A stretch of 64,000 nucleotides of DNA, taken from NCBI GenBank assembly GCA_026936335.1, contig JAPMXV010000055.1, positions 362,194-426,193 of the forward strand, read 5' to 3'. Shown here piece by piece: positions 1-12,018 of the stretch. A model generated the notes under the pieces. It did no database searches and had not been told where the DNA came from. It saw only the letters and a list, made by a program, of their open reading frames with translations. Source of the DNA: Mantamonas sphyraenae STR306 (taxonomy: Eukaryota; Protista; CRuMs). Position numbers and translations under genes: made by a program. Each line of letters starts with the position of its first letter. The first letter of the stretch is position 1.

Positions 1-2
1 AG

Positions 3-3000
3 TTGTTTGAGATCAACGTCACAAAACACTACGGCATGGACCAGTGGCGTGCAGACGTGAAGCGGCTGCTGCGCAAGGTCGGCGTCGAGGGCACGCAGTG
101 CATGTTTTTCATCAGCGACAGACAGATCACCAATGACGGCTTTCTGGAAGACATCAACAACATTTTGAACACGGGCGAGGTGCCGAATATCCACAGTGCG
201 GAAGAGATGGATGAGCTGCTGACGGCTGTGCGCAGCATCGACGCAGACCGGTTCGCATGGTCGGCAGATGCGAATGCGCAGGTGTACGAGTACTTTGTGG
301 GCAGGTGCAGGGAAAACATCCATTGTGTGATCTCGCTGAGCGCAGTGCCTGCGTCGGTGTTCCGCAACCGGCTGCGTGAGTACCCCGCGCTTGTGAACTG
401 CTGCACGATCGACTACTTCAACGAGTGGCCTCGGGATGCACTGCAGAGCGTTGCACGCCGTGGCGTGGAGTCTCTGAAATTGGACGAAGACCTGAAGGAA
501 GATGTGGCAGCTGTTGTGGTGCGCCTGCACACGCTGTTTGTGGAAGAGGCCGAGCGATTCCGAGAAGAGCTGAAGCGTCACTACAACCTGTCGCCTGCGC
601 TGTACCTTGCGTTCCTGGGGCTGTTTGGCAACATGCTGACGGAGGAGCGGGCCAAGCTGGGTGCTTTGAAGAGCAAGTACATGGACGGCCTTTCGCTGCT
701 GATCGAGACAGAGGCGGAGATCACGCGCATGAACGAAGAGCTGAACGAGAAGCAGCCGATGCTGCAGGTGCTGTCAGACGAAGCGGAGAAGATCATGATG
801 GAGCTGGAAGCAGATCAGGTGGAGGCGGACCAGACGCGACGCATTGTGCAGCAGGAGGAAGCTGAGGCGTTCAAGCAGGCCGAGGCTGCACGAGAGCTTG
901 CGGAGCAGTGCAAGAACGAGCTGGAAGCGGTGATGCCGGATCTGCTGGATGCAGAGAAGGAGGTGAACAAGCTGAACAAGGATCACATCATTGAGGTGAA
1001 GGTGCTGAAGCATCCGCCGAGGGGTGTGCGGCTTGTGATGGAGGCGGTGTGCATTATGTTTGGATTGACGGACAGCAAAGCGGACTACTGGGAGATTGCG
1101 CGGTCGAACAAGGTGCTGAACAACCCGCGCTTCCTGCAGGACCTGAAGGACTTTGACAGGGACAACATTCCGGAAAAGGTGATCTCGCGAGTGACTCCCT
1201 ACATCCGCAACAAGGACTTTACGCCTGCGCGCATGGTCAAAGTGTCGACGGCCATCACGTCGTTGTGTGCATGGGTGCGTGCGATGTACAACTACCACCA
1301 TGTGCACAAGATGGTTGTGCCGAAACAGCAGGCCGCGGCAGAAGCAGAGCGCGCGCTGGAGCTGGTGAACGCAAACGTAGAGCTGAAGCGGCAGGAGATG
1401 CGTGAGGTGGAAGAAAAGATGAACAACCTGCGGCAGATCCACCAAGAGCAGGTTGCACGACGCACGGAACTGGCGGTGGAAATCGAAACGTGCGAGCGCA
1501 AGATCAACCGTGCGCTGAACTTGATGGAAGGTCTGAAGAGCGAGAAGCAAAGGTGGGAGAAGGAGGCGAAGCGGCTTAGCGAGCGGTCGCGTTGCCTGGT
1601 TGGCGACGTGTTGCTGGCGAGCGGGATGATCAGTCTGCTGGGCCCGATGAGCTGGGAGGTGCGCGTGCAGTGCGTGAGCAGGTGGAAGGAGGCGCTGGAG
1701 GATGTGCACATTCTGTACAGCGGCGACTTTTCATTGGAACAGACTCTGATGAGCGAAGGCGTGCAGGTGCTGGAGTGGCAACTGAACGGCCTGCCCTCAG
1801 ATGAGTTTTCTGTGGACAATGCGATCATTGCACAGCACAGCCCTCGCTGGCCAATCTTTATCGATCCGCAGCTGCAGGCGAGCGGTTGGATCCGCGCAAC
1901 CGAGGCTGCCAACGGCCTGGTCGTGTTGAAAATGACGGACGCGGACGTGCTGCCCAAGCTGGAGAATGCGGTGTCGACGGGACTGCCGGTGCTGATCGAG
2001 AGCATCGGGGAGGAGATGGACCCGCTGCTGCAGCCGTTGATCGAGCGACAGGTATTTGCAGATGACGGCCACTCGCTCATTAAGCTGGCGAGCAACTTTA
2101 TCGAGTACGCCCCGGACTTTCGCATGTACATGACGATTGTGAACCCGAACCCGAACTTCACGCCGACGATTGTGGCCAAGGCGAACGTGATCAACTTTTC
2201 GGTGACGCGCGAGGCGCTGGAGGACCAGCTGCAAGGAGTGGTGGTGGCAGCGGAGCGTCCGGATCTGGAGGAGAAGCGCAACGACTTGATGATGAGCAAC
2301 GCAAACGACGCAAGGCTGCTGAAGGAAATCGAAGACGGGATCCTTGTGTCGCTGTTTACGATGCGCGACCGTCTGCTGGACACAGACGACGTGATCCGAC
2401 AGCTGAAGCTGTCCAAGAAGACGAGTGCGGACATTGCAGTGCGCATGCAGGAGACTCGTGTGACGCGTCAGGAAATCACCGAGTTTCGGGATGCGTACAA
2501 AGAGATTGCAGTGAGGTCGTGCACGCTGTACTTTGCGCTGAGCGAACTTGCGCTGCTGGACCCGATGTACCAGTACTCGCTGCTTTGGTTTGTGAAGCTG
2601 CTGCGCAAGGCATTGAAACGCGTGGACCGGTCGCTGAGTGAAAGCACGCCTGCATGGAACGAGGCGGTGAAGGCAGAGTTTATGCGCCTGCTGTACAACA
2701 GCGTGTGCCGCTCGCTGTACGAAAAGGACAAGCTTGTGTTTTCGCTGCTCCTGTGCATGCGTGTGATGGCCGAGAGTGAGCCTGTGAACACGAGCGAATG
2801 GCGATTCTTGCTGACGGGCTACCTGCCGGTAAACTTTTCGAGCGCCAACCCGGGCGCTGGGTGGCTTCCGGACGCGGTGTGGAAGAACGTGGAGCAGATG
2901 AGCCGATTGGAGGCGTTTGCAGGACTGGATGACACTTTTGGCAGCGCGTTGGCAGAGTGGAAGCGGTGGTTTGAGAGCCCGTCGCCCGAGCGCGAGGCAC

Positions 3001-4955
3001 TGCCGCAGCCGTGGGCAAAGCAGTTGAGCGCTTTCCAGCGCCTGATTGTGCTGCGCACAATGCGACCTGAGCGGTTGACGATCGGCGTGCAGGAGTTTGT
3101 GGCAAAGAATCTGGGCAGCGAGTTTGTGGAGCCGCCTGCGTTTGACCTCGCGAGTTCGTTTGAGGGGTCGGACGAGTGCACGCCGATTGTGTTTTTCCTG
3201 TCAAGCGGGTACGATCCGATGCAGGAGATCACCAATTTTGCGGTGAAGTACAACATGACGAAGCGGTTCACGCCAGTGTCCCTGGGTCGCGGCCGCGAGG
3301 CGAATGCGCTGAATGCGATCAAGAGCGGCATTCGCACGGGCCAGTGGGTGCTGCTTCAGAACTGTCATTTGCTGTTGGGCTGGATGCCTGAACTGGAAAA
3401 GGAGATCAGCCGGTTGGCGGTGGAAAAGCCGGACCGGGAATTTCGCATATGGTTGACGACCAAACCGACGGAGAAGTTCCCGCTGTCGGTGCTGCAGAAC
3501 AGCGTCAAGGTGACGATTGAGCCGCCCAAGGGCATCAAGGCGAACGTGAGGCGTACGCTGACGAGCGTGGAGAAGGAGTTTGAGCTTCACGAGGGCGAGG
3601 CAGAGTGGAAGAAGCTTGTGTTTGCACTGAGCATGTTCCACGCGCAAGTGCAAGAGCGACGCAAGTATGGAGCGATTGGATGGAACGAGCGGTACGAGTT
3701 CTCGGACATGGACTTTCGCATCAGCATGCGGCAGATCGGGGTGCTGCTGGAAACGAGCTACGAAACGGGTGTGATCGCGTTTGGGCAAATGCTGCACCTG
3801 GTGGGCAACATCCACTACGGTGGCAGGGTGACGGACGACCACGATCGACGTTTGCTGCTGAGTTTGTTTTCGCGGTACGCAAACGAAGAGGTTCTGGCGC
3901 AAGAGCAGTATGCGTTTAGCGAGAGCGGATTGTACCATCTGCCGGCAAACGCAGAGACATTGGGCGAGTACCTGTCGTACGTGCGCCAGCTACCTCTGAA
4001 CGACGAGCCTGAGGCGTTTGGGCTGCACGCAAACGCGCAGATCACGAGCGCACGGCAGGAGACAAACGCTATGCTGGGTGCCCTGTTGACGATGCAACCG
4101 AGCCTGGTGAGCGCGAGCAGCAGTAGCAGTGGCAAGAAGAAGGATGACAACGAGATCCTGGTGACGGTGAGGACGATTCTGGAAGGGCTGCCTGCGGACT
4201 TGGACGTGGAGAAGATTGTGGAGGAGAACCCGGTGCGATATGAAGATTGCCTGGTGAACGTGATGCTGCAGGAGGTGGTGAAGTACCAGGCACTGCTGAA
4301 GCTGATGAAGGAGAGCCTGCACCAGCTGGAGCTGGCAGAGTTGGGCGAGCAGGTGCTGAGCGCGGAAATCGAGGCTGTGCGAGCGAGTGTGTTCCAAGGC
4401 CAGGTTCCGGAGATGTGGGCGCGTGCGTCGTACCCGAGCACGAAGCGACTGGGCAGTTGGGTGGCAGACCTGCGGGAGCGGGTGGAGTTTTTCCGAGCCT
4501 GGGCTGTCCAGGGCAAGCCGACAGTGTTTTGGTTCAGTGCGCTGTTCATGCCGACCAACTTTTGCAGTGCCGTGCTGCAGAACTATGCACGCAAGTACCG
4601 GATTGCTGTGGATTCGCTGCGGCTGGACTTGGAGATTGTGCAGCGGGAAGTGATGATCAGCCCGAGCGACGGCGTGTACGTGCGCGGTCTGTACCTGGAC
4701 GGTGCCGGGTGGGATGCAACGAAGCAAGAACTGTGCGAGAGTGCTGTGGGCGAGGTGACGTGTGCCATGCCGACAATCTGGCTGCGTCCGCGCGACGTGA
4801 GTCTGGACCGTTCGTTTGAGGGCTACGAGTGTCCTGTGTATCGTGTGTCGGACCGCAAGGAGCTGGTGATGAGTGGTGTGTTGCCGTCGAGGCTTCCGGA
4901 GAACCATTGGGTTCTGCGGGGAGTGGCGATGTTGACGCAAGTGGACGGTGATTGA
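3..4955 (+). CDS. Axonemal dynein heavy chain, C-terminal part (AAA4 end, stalk/microtubule-binding domain, AAA5, AAA6, C-terminal domain); 5' end lies outside the window
   Basis: 1650-aa ORF with dynein motifs FLEDINNILNTGEVPN, YPALVNCCTIDYF, RWPIFIDPQLQA, GQWVLLQNCHL, YGGRVTDDHDRR, DGVYVRGLYLDGAGWD; exact DNAH subfamily not assigned. Confidence 0.97.
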   Translation: MFEINVTKHYGMDQWRADVKRLLRKVGVEGTQCMFFISDRQITNDGFLEDINNILNTGEVPNIHSAEEMDELLTAVRSIDADRFAWSADANAQVYEYFVGRCRENIHCVISLSAVPASVFRNRLREYPALVNCCTIDYFNEWPRDALQSVARRGVESLKLDEDLKEDVAAVVVRLHTLFVEEAERFREELKRHYNLSPALYLAFLGLFGNMLTEERAKLGALKSKYMDGLSLLIETEAEITRMNEELNEKQPMLQVLSDEAEKIMMELEADQVEADQTRRIVQQEEAEAFKQAEAARELAEQCKNELEAVMPDLLDAEKEVNKLNKDHIIEVKVLKHPPRGVRLVMEAVCIMFGLTDSKADYWEIARSNKVLNNPRFLQDLKDFDRDNIPEKVISRVTPYIRNKDFTPARMVKVSTAITSLCAWVRAMYNYHHVHKMVVPKQQAAAEAERALELVNANVELKRQEMREVEEKMNNLRQIHQEQVARRTELAVEIETCERKINRALNLMEGLKSEKQRWEKEAKRLSERSRCLVGDVLLASGMISLLGPMSWEVRVQCVSRWKEALEDVHILYSGDFSLEQTLMSEGVQVLEWQLNGLPSDEFSVDNAIIAQHSPRWPIFIDPQLQASGWIRATEAANGLVVLKMTDADVLPKLENAVSTGLPVLIESIGEEMDPLLQPLIERQVFADDGHSLIKLASNFIEYAPDFRMYMTIVNPNPNFTPTIVAKANVINFSVTREALEDQLQGVVVAAERPDLEEKRNDLMMSNANDARLLKEIEDGILVSLFTMRDRLLDTDDVIRQLKLSKKTSADIAVRMQETRVTRQEITEFRDAYKEIAVRSCTLYFALSELALLDPMYQYSLLWFVKLLRKALKRVDRSLSESTPAWNEAVKAEFMRLLYNSVCRSLYEKDKLVFSLLLCMRVMAESEPVNTSEWRFLLTGYLPVNFSSANPGAGWLPDAVWKNVEQMSRLEAFAGLDDTFGSALAEWKRWFESPSPEREALPQPWAKQLSAFQRLIVLRTMRPERLTIGVQEFVAKNLGSEFVEPPAFDLASSFEGSDECTPIVFFLSSGYDPMQEITNFAVKYNMTKRFTPVSLGRGREANALNAIKSGIRTGQWVLLQNCHLLLGWMPELEKEISRLAVEKPDREFRIWLTTKPTEKFPLSVLQNSVKVTIEPPKGIKANVRRTLTSVEKEFELHEGEAEWKKLVFALSMFHAQVQERRKYGAIGWNERYEFSDMDFRISMRQIGVLLETSYETGVIAFGQMLHLVGNIHYGGRVTDDHDRRLLLSLFSRYANEEVLAQEQYAFSESGLYHLPANAETLGEYLSYVRQLPLNDEPEAFGLHANAQITSARQETNAMLGALLTMQPSLVSASSSSSGKKKDDNEILVTVRTILEGLPADLDVEKIVEENPVRYEDCLVNVMLQEVVKYQALLKLMKESLHQLELAELGEQVLSAEIEAVRASVFQGQVPEMWARASYPSTKRLGSWVADLRERVEFFRAWAVQGKPTVFWFSALFMPTNFCSAVLQNYARKYRIAVDSLRLDLEIVQREVMISPSDGVYVRGLYLDGAGWDATKQELCESAVGEVTCAMPTIWLRPRDVSLDRSFEGYECPVYRVSDRKELVMSGVLPSRLPENHWVLRGVAMLTQVDGD

Positions 4956-5034
4956 AGAGAAATGGAAGAGATTGGAAATTGGGTTGTGTCCTTGATGGTC
5001 CCCGGTTCACTGCTTCCCGTGCAGCTGTTCTTTC

Positions 5035-8000
5035 TCAGAAACCAAATGCATTCGTGATGAGGCTCTGTTTCACGGCACGTTTGAACTCTTCATAGTCGAG
5101 CTGGCCGTCTCCGTTTGCGTCGACGCGTTCGAAGCATTCGTCGACCTGGGCATCGATGAGGTCCTCGTCCTCCTCTGGGTCAACTCCCTGGTTGCGCATG
5201 GAGGCCACAAAGACCTCTTTGACCTCCTCTTTGCTGATATATCCGGAGCGGTCCTTGTCGTAGGCGCGGAAGGCGAGCATGAGGCGGTCGTCGAAACTGC
5301 CGTGCTCGAGAGCCCCGAGACCGACGACGACCTCGCGCAGGTCGATGGAACCGTTGCCGTCTGTGTCAAAGGCAGTAAAGGCCTGTTCGATGTTCTGCTC
5401 GTCGTCGATTCCGAGTTGGCGCATGCCGATGGCAAACTCTTCGGCGTCGAGTTGGCCGTGGTGGGCTCGTTTGGACCAGAATTCGAGGAGCTCATCGAGC
5501 TCGTCCTGGGAGAAGCGAGTCTGCTTGCCGAGGCTGGCCTTGAGGCGGTCCTTCTTTGGAGCGCGACGACGGCGAGAGCGGCGCGAGTCGCTATCCATGG
5601 TGCTGTTTGCACTGGCGCTGCCGTCGTCGATGCGACAGAGAACCTTGAGGACTGGCTGTTGATAGGCATCCTGACGACGCCTGCGGTCGCGGCGATTACG
5701 TGAGCGGAAGCCGCTGCCGTCGCGGCTGTGGTCATTGGCCTGGCGGCGGGCCTCCATTTCCGAGTGGACAAAGGCAGCCTCGAGGGAGGCGTTTGAACGG
5801 ATGGTGCAGAGCTCTTCGCGGTCGCGGTAGAAGAGGGTGAGGCGTTCGCCGTACTCGGACTCGAGGTGGGCGCGGAACTCTTTGTAGCTGAGAGAGCGGG
5901 GCACGTAGAAGAAGCGGTGGTCACTGGTGCCGTTTGCCTTGAAGTAGGTCTTTACGGGCACCTTTGTGTCGTGGCGGTACTGGGAGTGGTCAAAGTCGGA
6001 GCCGGCGGTGGTCTGTGTGTCCATGATGTTGCGGTTGACACGCTGGAGATCCATGCCACTGGATGAGACCGAGTCGGAGTCGTCCGTGTCGTCGTCGAGG
6101 TTGTCAAAGTGGACTTTGAGGAGGGTGTGTATACGCTGTGCCTCGTAGGACTTTGGGTCGAGGCCGGCCTCAACCATGCGGAGGAGTTCTTTGCACTTGT
6201 TGGCAAATTCGGGGGCATAGATGCGGACGGAGGGATCGTGGACGTAGGAGAAGGCCATGTGGAGCATGAGAAGCCTGTCGACACACTCCATGTCAAAGAG
6301 GGCGCTGTGTTCGTTGACGACGATGGTCTTGCCGCGCTCCTTGATCTCGCGCTCGCCGGCGGAGAGCACATTGTAGAGGACCTCAAGGGCGTCGCGGACC
6401 ATATTGAGATGGTATGTGGGCTTGAGTTTGTGGTCGAGGGTTTGCCAGTTTTCGAGTTCGATGCACTGCATGGAAACAAAGTCCTGGTTGGCAAAGGCGT
6501 CGAGGAGGGCGCCGTCGCTGGCGTATCGTGTCATGTTGCGTGTGATTTCGAGAGCGACTTGGGTGACGTCTGCGCTGGCGTCTTCCATGAGGGGCAGGAG
6601 GACGGGGAGTAGGTCGAGCTGAAAAAGGGCATCGACGTATTCGCCTTCTGCGCGTGCGACGGCACCGACGATGTGGAGAAGGTGGATGAGGGTGGGCTCG
6701 TGGTGTTCGTTGGGCAGACGTTCGATTATGGCCTGGAGGCCGCCATCGTCGAGGATGGCGACGTTGCCCGAGGAAAAGGTGTCTGCGATCGCGCTGAGGG
6801 CGGCGAGGCGAACCTTGTCGGAGGAGTGTGTGGAGAGGTCGAGGAGGCGGTTGCAGAGGTCCTGAGAGATCTGGTCGCGATAGATGACAAGGAGGTTGAT
6901 CATGTGGATGACGAGTTTGTCGTCGTCGACATCGAGGTAGTGGCTGAGCTCGTCGATGATCTGGGAGCCGTGGTCGCGGAGGTCGGGGCTGACGCAGAGG
7001 AGGGCGAGGAGGTTGGCGATGTTGCGTGCGAGTTCGATGTTTTCGATGTCTGTGAGGGCAAAGAGGGGGTCCATGATGTGTTTGGAGAGGACATAGTCGC
7101 GTGCGGCGCCACAGTGTTGGCAAAGGCAGACGAGGACTTTGACGGCGTGAGCCTTGATGAGATCCTGGTTGGAAGAGTCGAGGAGATCAATGAGGATCTC
7201 GACGGCCCCGTTGTCGACAAGCTGCTTCTGGGAAAGCATGTTTGCGGGGTGCCACTCGGAATCTTCGGGGATGCCCGGAATGCGGAGGCCCGGGGCGATG
7301 TAGGTAAGGGTGTCGAGGGCTTCCCATTGGAGGGAAGGCCTGTCGTTGAGGGTGGCAAAGTAGAGGAAGCGCGGGACAACCTCTGTTTCGACGACTGCGT
7401 TGAAGATGGAGACGAGGAGGTCTGAGATCTGCAACTTCTCGTACGGGGTACGGAAGACGTCACAGATGGAGAGGAGCTGGCGCCAGCGGCTCATGCCGGC
7501 GAGCTGGTGCATGTCGTCGTCGGCAAAGACCTTGTCGATGCTCGACTGAAGGTTGTTGAGGATGGAGCGTGTCTGTGCGACGGCGGCGTGCTGCGGGAGG
7601 GGAAAAGAGGTTTGGCGGGAGAGGGTGGAATGTGAGGAGAGGGTGAAGGTGGCAGGTGGGCACGGGAGGGACGTGTGTGGACGATGGACTGACCTTGTCC
7701 TCGTCGGAGACGATGTCTTCGTCGTCCTGTTCGTCAAAGCCGCCGCTCTCTTCGATCTGTGCACGCATCTTTTCCTCGAGCTCACGGCGGCTTTCCTGGA
7801 GGACCTGCATGAGCTGGGCCTGCTGGGACGGAAGAAGCCACTTGGAGAGCATCTGCTTCTGGATGGCTTCGGTCTCCTCTACGGTTTCGAGGAGTTGTTC
7901 AGCGGCAGACTCGCTGAGGGCGATCTTGCGCTTCTTTCCGCGAGGAGAAGTGGGCAAGGCGGATTCTTCGTCCAGGACGTCCTCCTCTGCGTCTTCGTCG

Positions 8001-8038
8001 ATACCCGGGGAGCGGGTGGATTGGGAGTCTTGATCCAT
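5035..8038 (-). CDS. Armadillo-repeat (importin-alpha-like) + PB1-like + EF-hand (NCS/calcineurin-B-like) protein; intron 7573-7693
   Basis: ARM repeats (LQWEALDTLTYIA, LVDNGAVEILIDLL), PB1-like VKTYF...LFYRDREELCTIRSNASL, EF-hands DTDGNGSIDLRE, DKDRSGYISKEE, DANGDGQLDYEE; a phase-0 GTCAGT..CAG intron joins exon MDQDSQ...EDK to TRSILNN. Confidence 0.8.
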
Positions 8039-8280
8039 TGGGACGGGCGGGGAAAGAGGAAGGGTTGCTTGCGGTGGACGGGGAGGGGCATGCGTTCTGA
8101 GGGGACATGTGGAAGACGGGTGCAAGAGATGACGATCAAAATGGGGGGGGAGGGGGTGGGTGATTGGACAGTGAGATGTGTGTTGGGGGAGGATGAAGAG
8201 TCACGAAAAGAACGCGAGATTTGTTGCTGTGCGCCGGAGCGAGTTTCTGCGGTGTGCGTAGGCACGGGATGGGAGCAGAA

Positions 8281-8956
8281 TCAGAAGCGGAGCTTAGCAA
8301 AGAACCAACGGTTCTTGCCCGAGAGGTAGCGCTCGGTCAGCATCTTCTTGAGCTGCTTCTTGGCGGCAACCCTGGCGCCCGGCTCCTTGAAGGTGTCCTG
8401 GCTGACCACCATCTTCAGGTCCAGATCCAGGCTGTAGCGGGTGGGCCTGTGCAAGGTGAGGGGAGGGAGGAGAAGGTGAGCATGTGGGCTGGGGTTGAGA
8501 GGGGAAAGGGTGGACGGGAGGAGAGGAGTCACGAGCAGGGACGGGAGGGAAAGGCTGCGAAAGAAAAGAGGGGTGTGGTTTTTTGCATGCGCACGGGAGC
8601 GATGCAAAGACGGACACAGAGGCTTGGAAAGGGGGAGATGTGGGAGGAAGGAGGTACGGATGTGTGCGGGAGGAGGAAGGCAAAGGGAAGGAGGCGGAGG
8701 AGAGTGTGTGAACGTACATGATGTGGTTGTAGTTGACGACCTTGATGAACGGGGTGACCTTGGAGCGCTTGAGGACCTTCTTCTCGCTCATGCTCTTGGT
8801 GACCTTGAGCGGAGCCTTGTCGACACCGACGATGACGGCATGGCCGTACTTGCGAGAGTGGGTGATGTCAAAGTTCTTGACGATCACGGCCTTCTTGCCA
8901 GCATAGCGGCCGTTGGTCACAATCACAACTTTTCCGGGCTTGAGGAAACGGGGCAT
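8281..8956 (-). CDS. RPL27: 60S ribosomal protein L27 (eL27); intron 8447-8717; probable 5'UTR intron 8960-9427
   Basis: MPRFLKPGKVVIVTNGRYAGKKAVIV...VNYNHIM|PTRY...GKNRWFFAKLRF; GTACGT..CAG intron restores the frame. Confidence 0.97.
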
Positions 8957-9670
8957 ATTCTACAGGAGCAAGGGGGTGATGGGCAGGTGTGAGTGGCGAA
9001 AGCACAGGGCAAAGTGTGTGCGCAGGGATTGGAGTGTGGCTGGAGCCGGTGGGTGTGCATGTGCGAGGAGGCGGGCGGGCAAAGAGCAGAACATGCGTGC
9101 ACGCAGCCCAGAGCCAGGAGGAAACGCAGCTGGCAGACGTGTAGCGCATGTACGGAGCTGTTTGAACGTGGGGATGCGTGTGCATGGCAGGTATGCACAC
9201 CCTGGATGGGTGGATGACATTGGATGGGCAGCAGGTGGAGAGATGCGGGTGCAGGAAGGGAGTTGGGAATGCGCAAAGAGGCAAAATGATTGGGGCGCAA
9301 ACGCTTGCGTGCCTGGACAAAGGGAAAGTGGGGTGAGGTGTGCAGAGAGGTGCTGTGGAGAGAGTGTGTGTGGTGTTGTGGACGGTTTGGTAGGGAGCAG
9401 CAGTGTGTTGCTGGGTGGGAAACATACAATGGGTTTTTTGGTTTTTGGCTGGCAGACGTGGCGCGAGTGGGACGCAGGGTTTTTCGGATGACGTCGCGTT
9501 TGAATTGGGTGGAAGGGGGATTTCCCGAGGATGACACGAGAAGAGAGGTTGGAAGGGAGGGCTGGAGGAGGATGTTGAAAGGCATGTGCAGGTGGAGGGC
9601 AGGAGAAGCGGGGAAGCCACGCGGGGGGAACCACGAAAAGAACTGGTGTTGGAGAGAGAGAGAGAGAGAG

Positions 9671-11984
9671 ATGTTTGCACGGGTGACACAAACTCTGCGT
9701 GCAAAAGCACCAGTGCAGGCAGCAGGCGCTGTGGGCGGCTTGTCGACGACAGGCAGCGGTGTGACGACGTCGTCGACTACGACCAAGGTGACGGCCAAGG
9801 CAACGACGGGAGAGAAGAAGGCGACGACGAAGCAGTCGGGCGAAGCCAAGGCAACAAGGAAGCCGAGGGCACGCAAGGCAGGGACGACGGCCAAGGCAGG
9901 GACAGCCAAGGCGACGGGCAGAGGGCGGCCACGAAAATCCGCGCCAAAAAGCGCCAAGGCAAGCGAAAAGGCGCGGAGCATCACAGACCTGCTGGCAGAC
10001 GTGGAGAAGAAGGATGGCAGCGAAAGCACAGGCGGGAAGCGAAACGAAACGATAGAGGTGGGAGATGCAACGGGGACGGGCGGCAAGGGCGGGAGCGGAA
10101 AGGCGGCAGGCGGTGGGACAGTGTTCTTGGAACCGGAGATCATCCACAAGGCAGGGAAGGAAGCATCGGAGTCGCTGCTTGTGGTGAAGCAGACGCAAGA
10201 CCCGTGGGATGCTGTGATTGTGGGGGGCGGACATAACGGATTGATCACGGCGGCATACCTGGCGAAGAGCGGCCAGCGTGTGTTGGTGCTGGAGCGGCGG
10301 CATGTGGTGGGAGGGGCAGCCATCACGGAGGAGCTGTACCCGGGGTTCAAGTTTTCGCGTGCATCGTACGTGAACGGTCTGATGCGGCCGCACATTGTTC
10401 AGGACCTGAACTTGAAGGCGCACGGGCTGCACTTTTACCCACGCAATCCGTCGTCGTTCACACCGACGCAGGACGGGCGCTACCTGATGCTGAGCAACGA
10501 CATGGACTTTAATCGGCAGGAAATCAGCAAGTTCAGCAAGCTGGATGCGGCGGCGTACCCCAAGTTTGAGGCGTTTCTGAACCGCTGTTCCGTGTTCTTT
10601 GAAAAGTTCCTGGATGAAGAGCCGCCGGATTCGCTTATCCTGAACGGGCAGATCGAAAAAAGCAACCAACTGATGGACTACCTGTCGCAGTCGGTGGCAT
10701 TCGCCAAACTGGCCGGCCGTGCGCTGAGTCTGGGAGGAGATCTGGCAGGGTTTATCGAGCTGATGACGGCACCTGCGGCGCAAATTGTAGGTGGTGAGGG
10801 GTGTTGGGAGACGTATGGGAGAGAGGGGTTGCTGACACGTGGGCGGGTGTGGGTTGGCAACGGTACAGCTGAACCGGTACTTTGAGAGCGAGCCGCTGAT
10901 CTCGACGCTGGCAACCGACAGCATCATTGGAGCGATGGCGGCGCCGTCGACGCCTGGGTCCGGGTATGTGCTGTTCCACCACGTGATGGGAGTGACGGAT
11001 GGAGAGCGCGGGGTGTGGTCGTACGTACGCGGAGGAATGGGTGCAGTGAGCCAGGCGATTGCAGATGCGGCGGCTGTGAACGGAGCGACGATCCAGACAA
11101 ACGCAGCGGTGCAAGAAATCGAAGTGGATGAGAACGGCCACGCGGTCGGGGTGCGTCTGGAAGACAACACGCTGATCCGTGCGAAAAAGGTGATTTCGAA
11201 CGCAACGCCCGAGGTGACGTTTGGGAAGCTTGTGCCAGAGCGGGCGATGCCAGGTGCGTTTACGCGGCGGGTGGAGACACTGGACTACAGTTCAGGGGTT
11301 ATGAAGATCAACTGCGCGCTGGACCGGCTGCCGGAGTTCAAGGCGATTGCAAACCCAGGTGACGGGAGTGCGGGGCCGCAGCACAGGGGCACGATCCACA
11401 TCGGGGACGACAGCAAGCTGATTGAGCGTGGGTACCAAGATGCGCTGGCAGGGCGTGCGTCGGAGGTGCCGATCATTGAGATGACGTTGCCGTCGTCTCT
11501 GGATCCGACGATCTCGCCTGAAGGCAAGCACGTGGCGCTTCTGTTTGTGCAGTATGCACCGTACGAGCTGGCGGACGGGGCGAGCTGGGATGATCCGGGC
11601 CGCAAGGAGGCGTACGCGAAGAAGGTGTTTGCGCGAGTGGACGAGTACGCGCCGGGCTTCTCGGACAGCGTGCTTGCGGCAGATGTGCTGTCGCCGGTGG
11701 ACCTTGAGCGTACGTTTGGACTGACTGGGGGCAACATCTTCCATTCGTCGATGGGCCTGGACCAGCTGTTCTGGCTGCGGCCTGCAGCTGGATACACCAA
11801 CTACCGCTCGCCCGTGCCCAACCTGTACATGTGTGGGTCGGGCACGCACCCCGGTGGCGGAGTGATGGGCTCACCGGGATACAATGCTGCGCGGCGTGTG
11901 ATTGCAGACACAAAGTACGAGCAGGTGCGAGCCACGTACCGGACAAAGGGATTTGCAGCGGCGGTGGAGAAGTGGATGGGGTGA
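9671..11984 (+). CDS. PYROXD2: PYROXD2 / phytoene-dehydrogenase-like FAD oxidoreductase; intron 10787-10868
   Basis: WDAVIVGGGHNGLITAAYLAK, VGGAAITEELYPGFKFSRASY, GLTGGNIFH, GSGTHPGGGVMG; GTAGGT..CAG phase-0 intron. Confidence 0.9.
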
Positions 11985-12018
11985 TGATGGATGAATTCCT
12001 GAATGCGAGTGATTTGGT

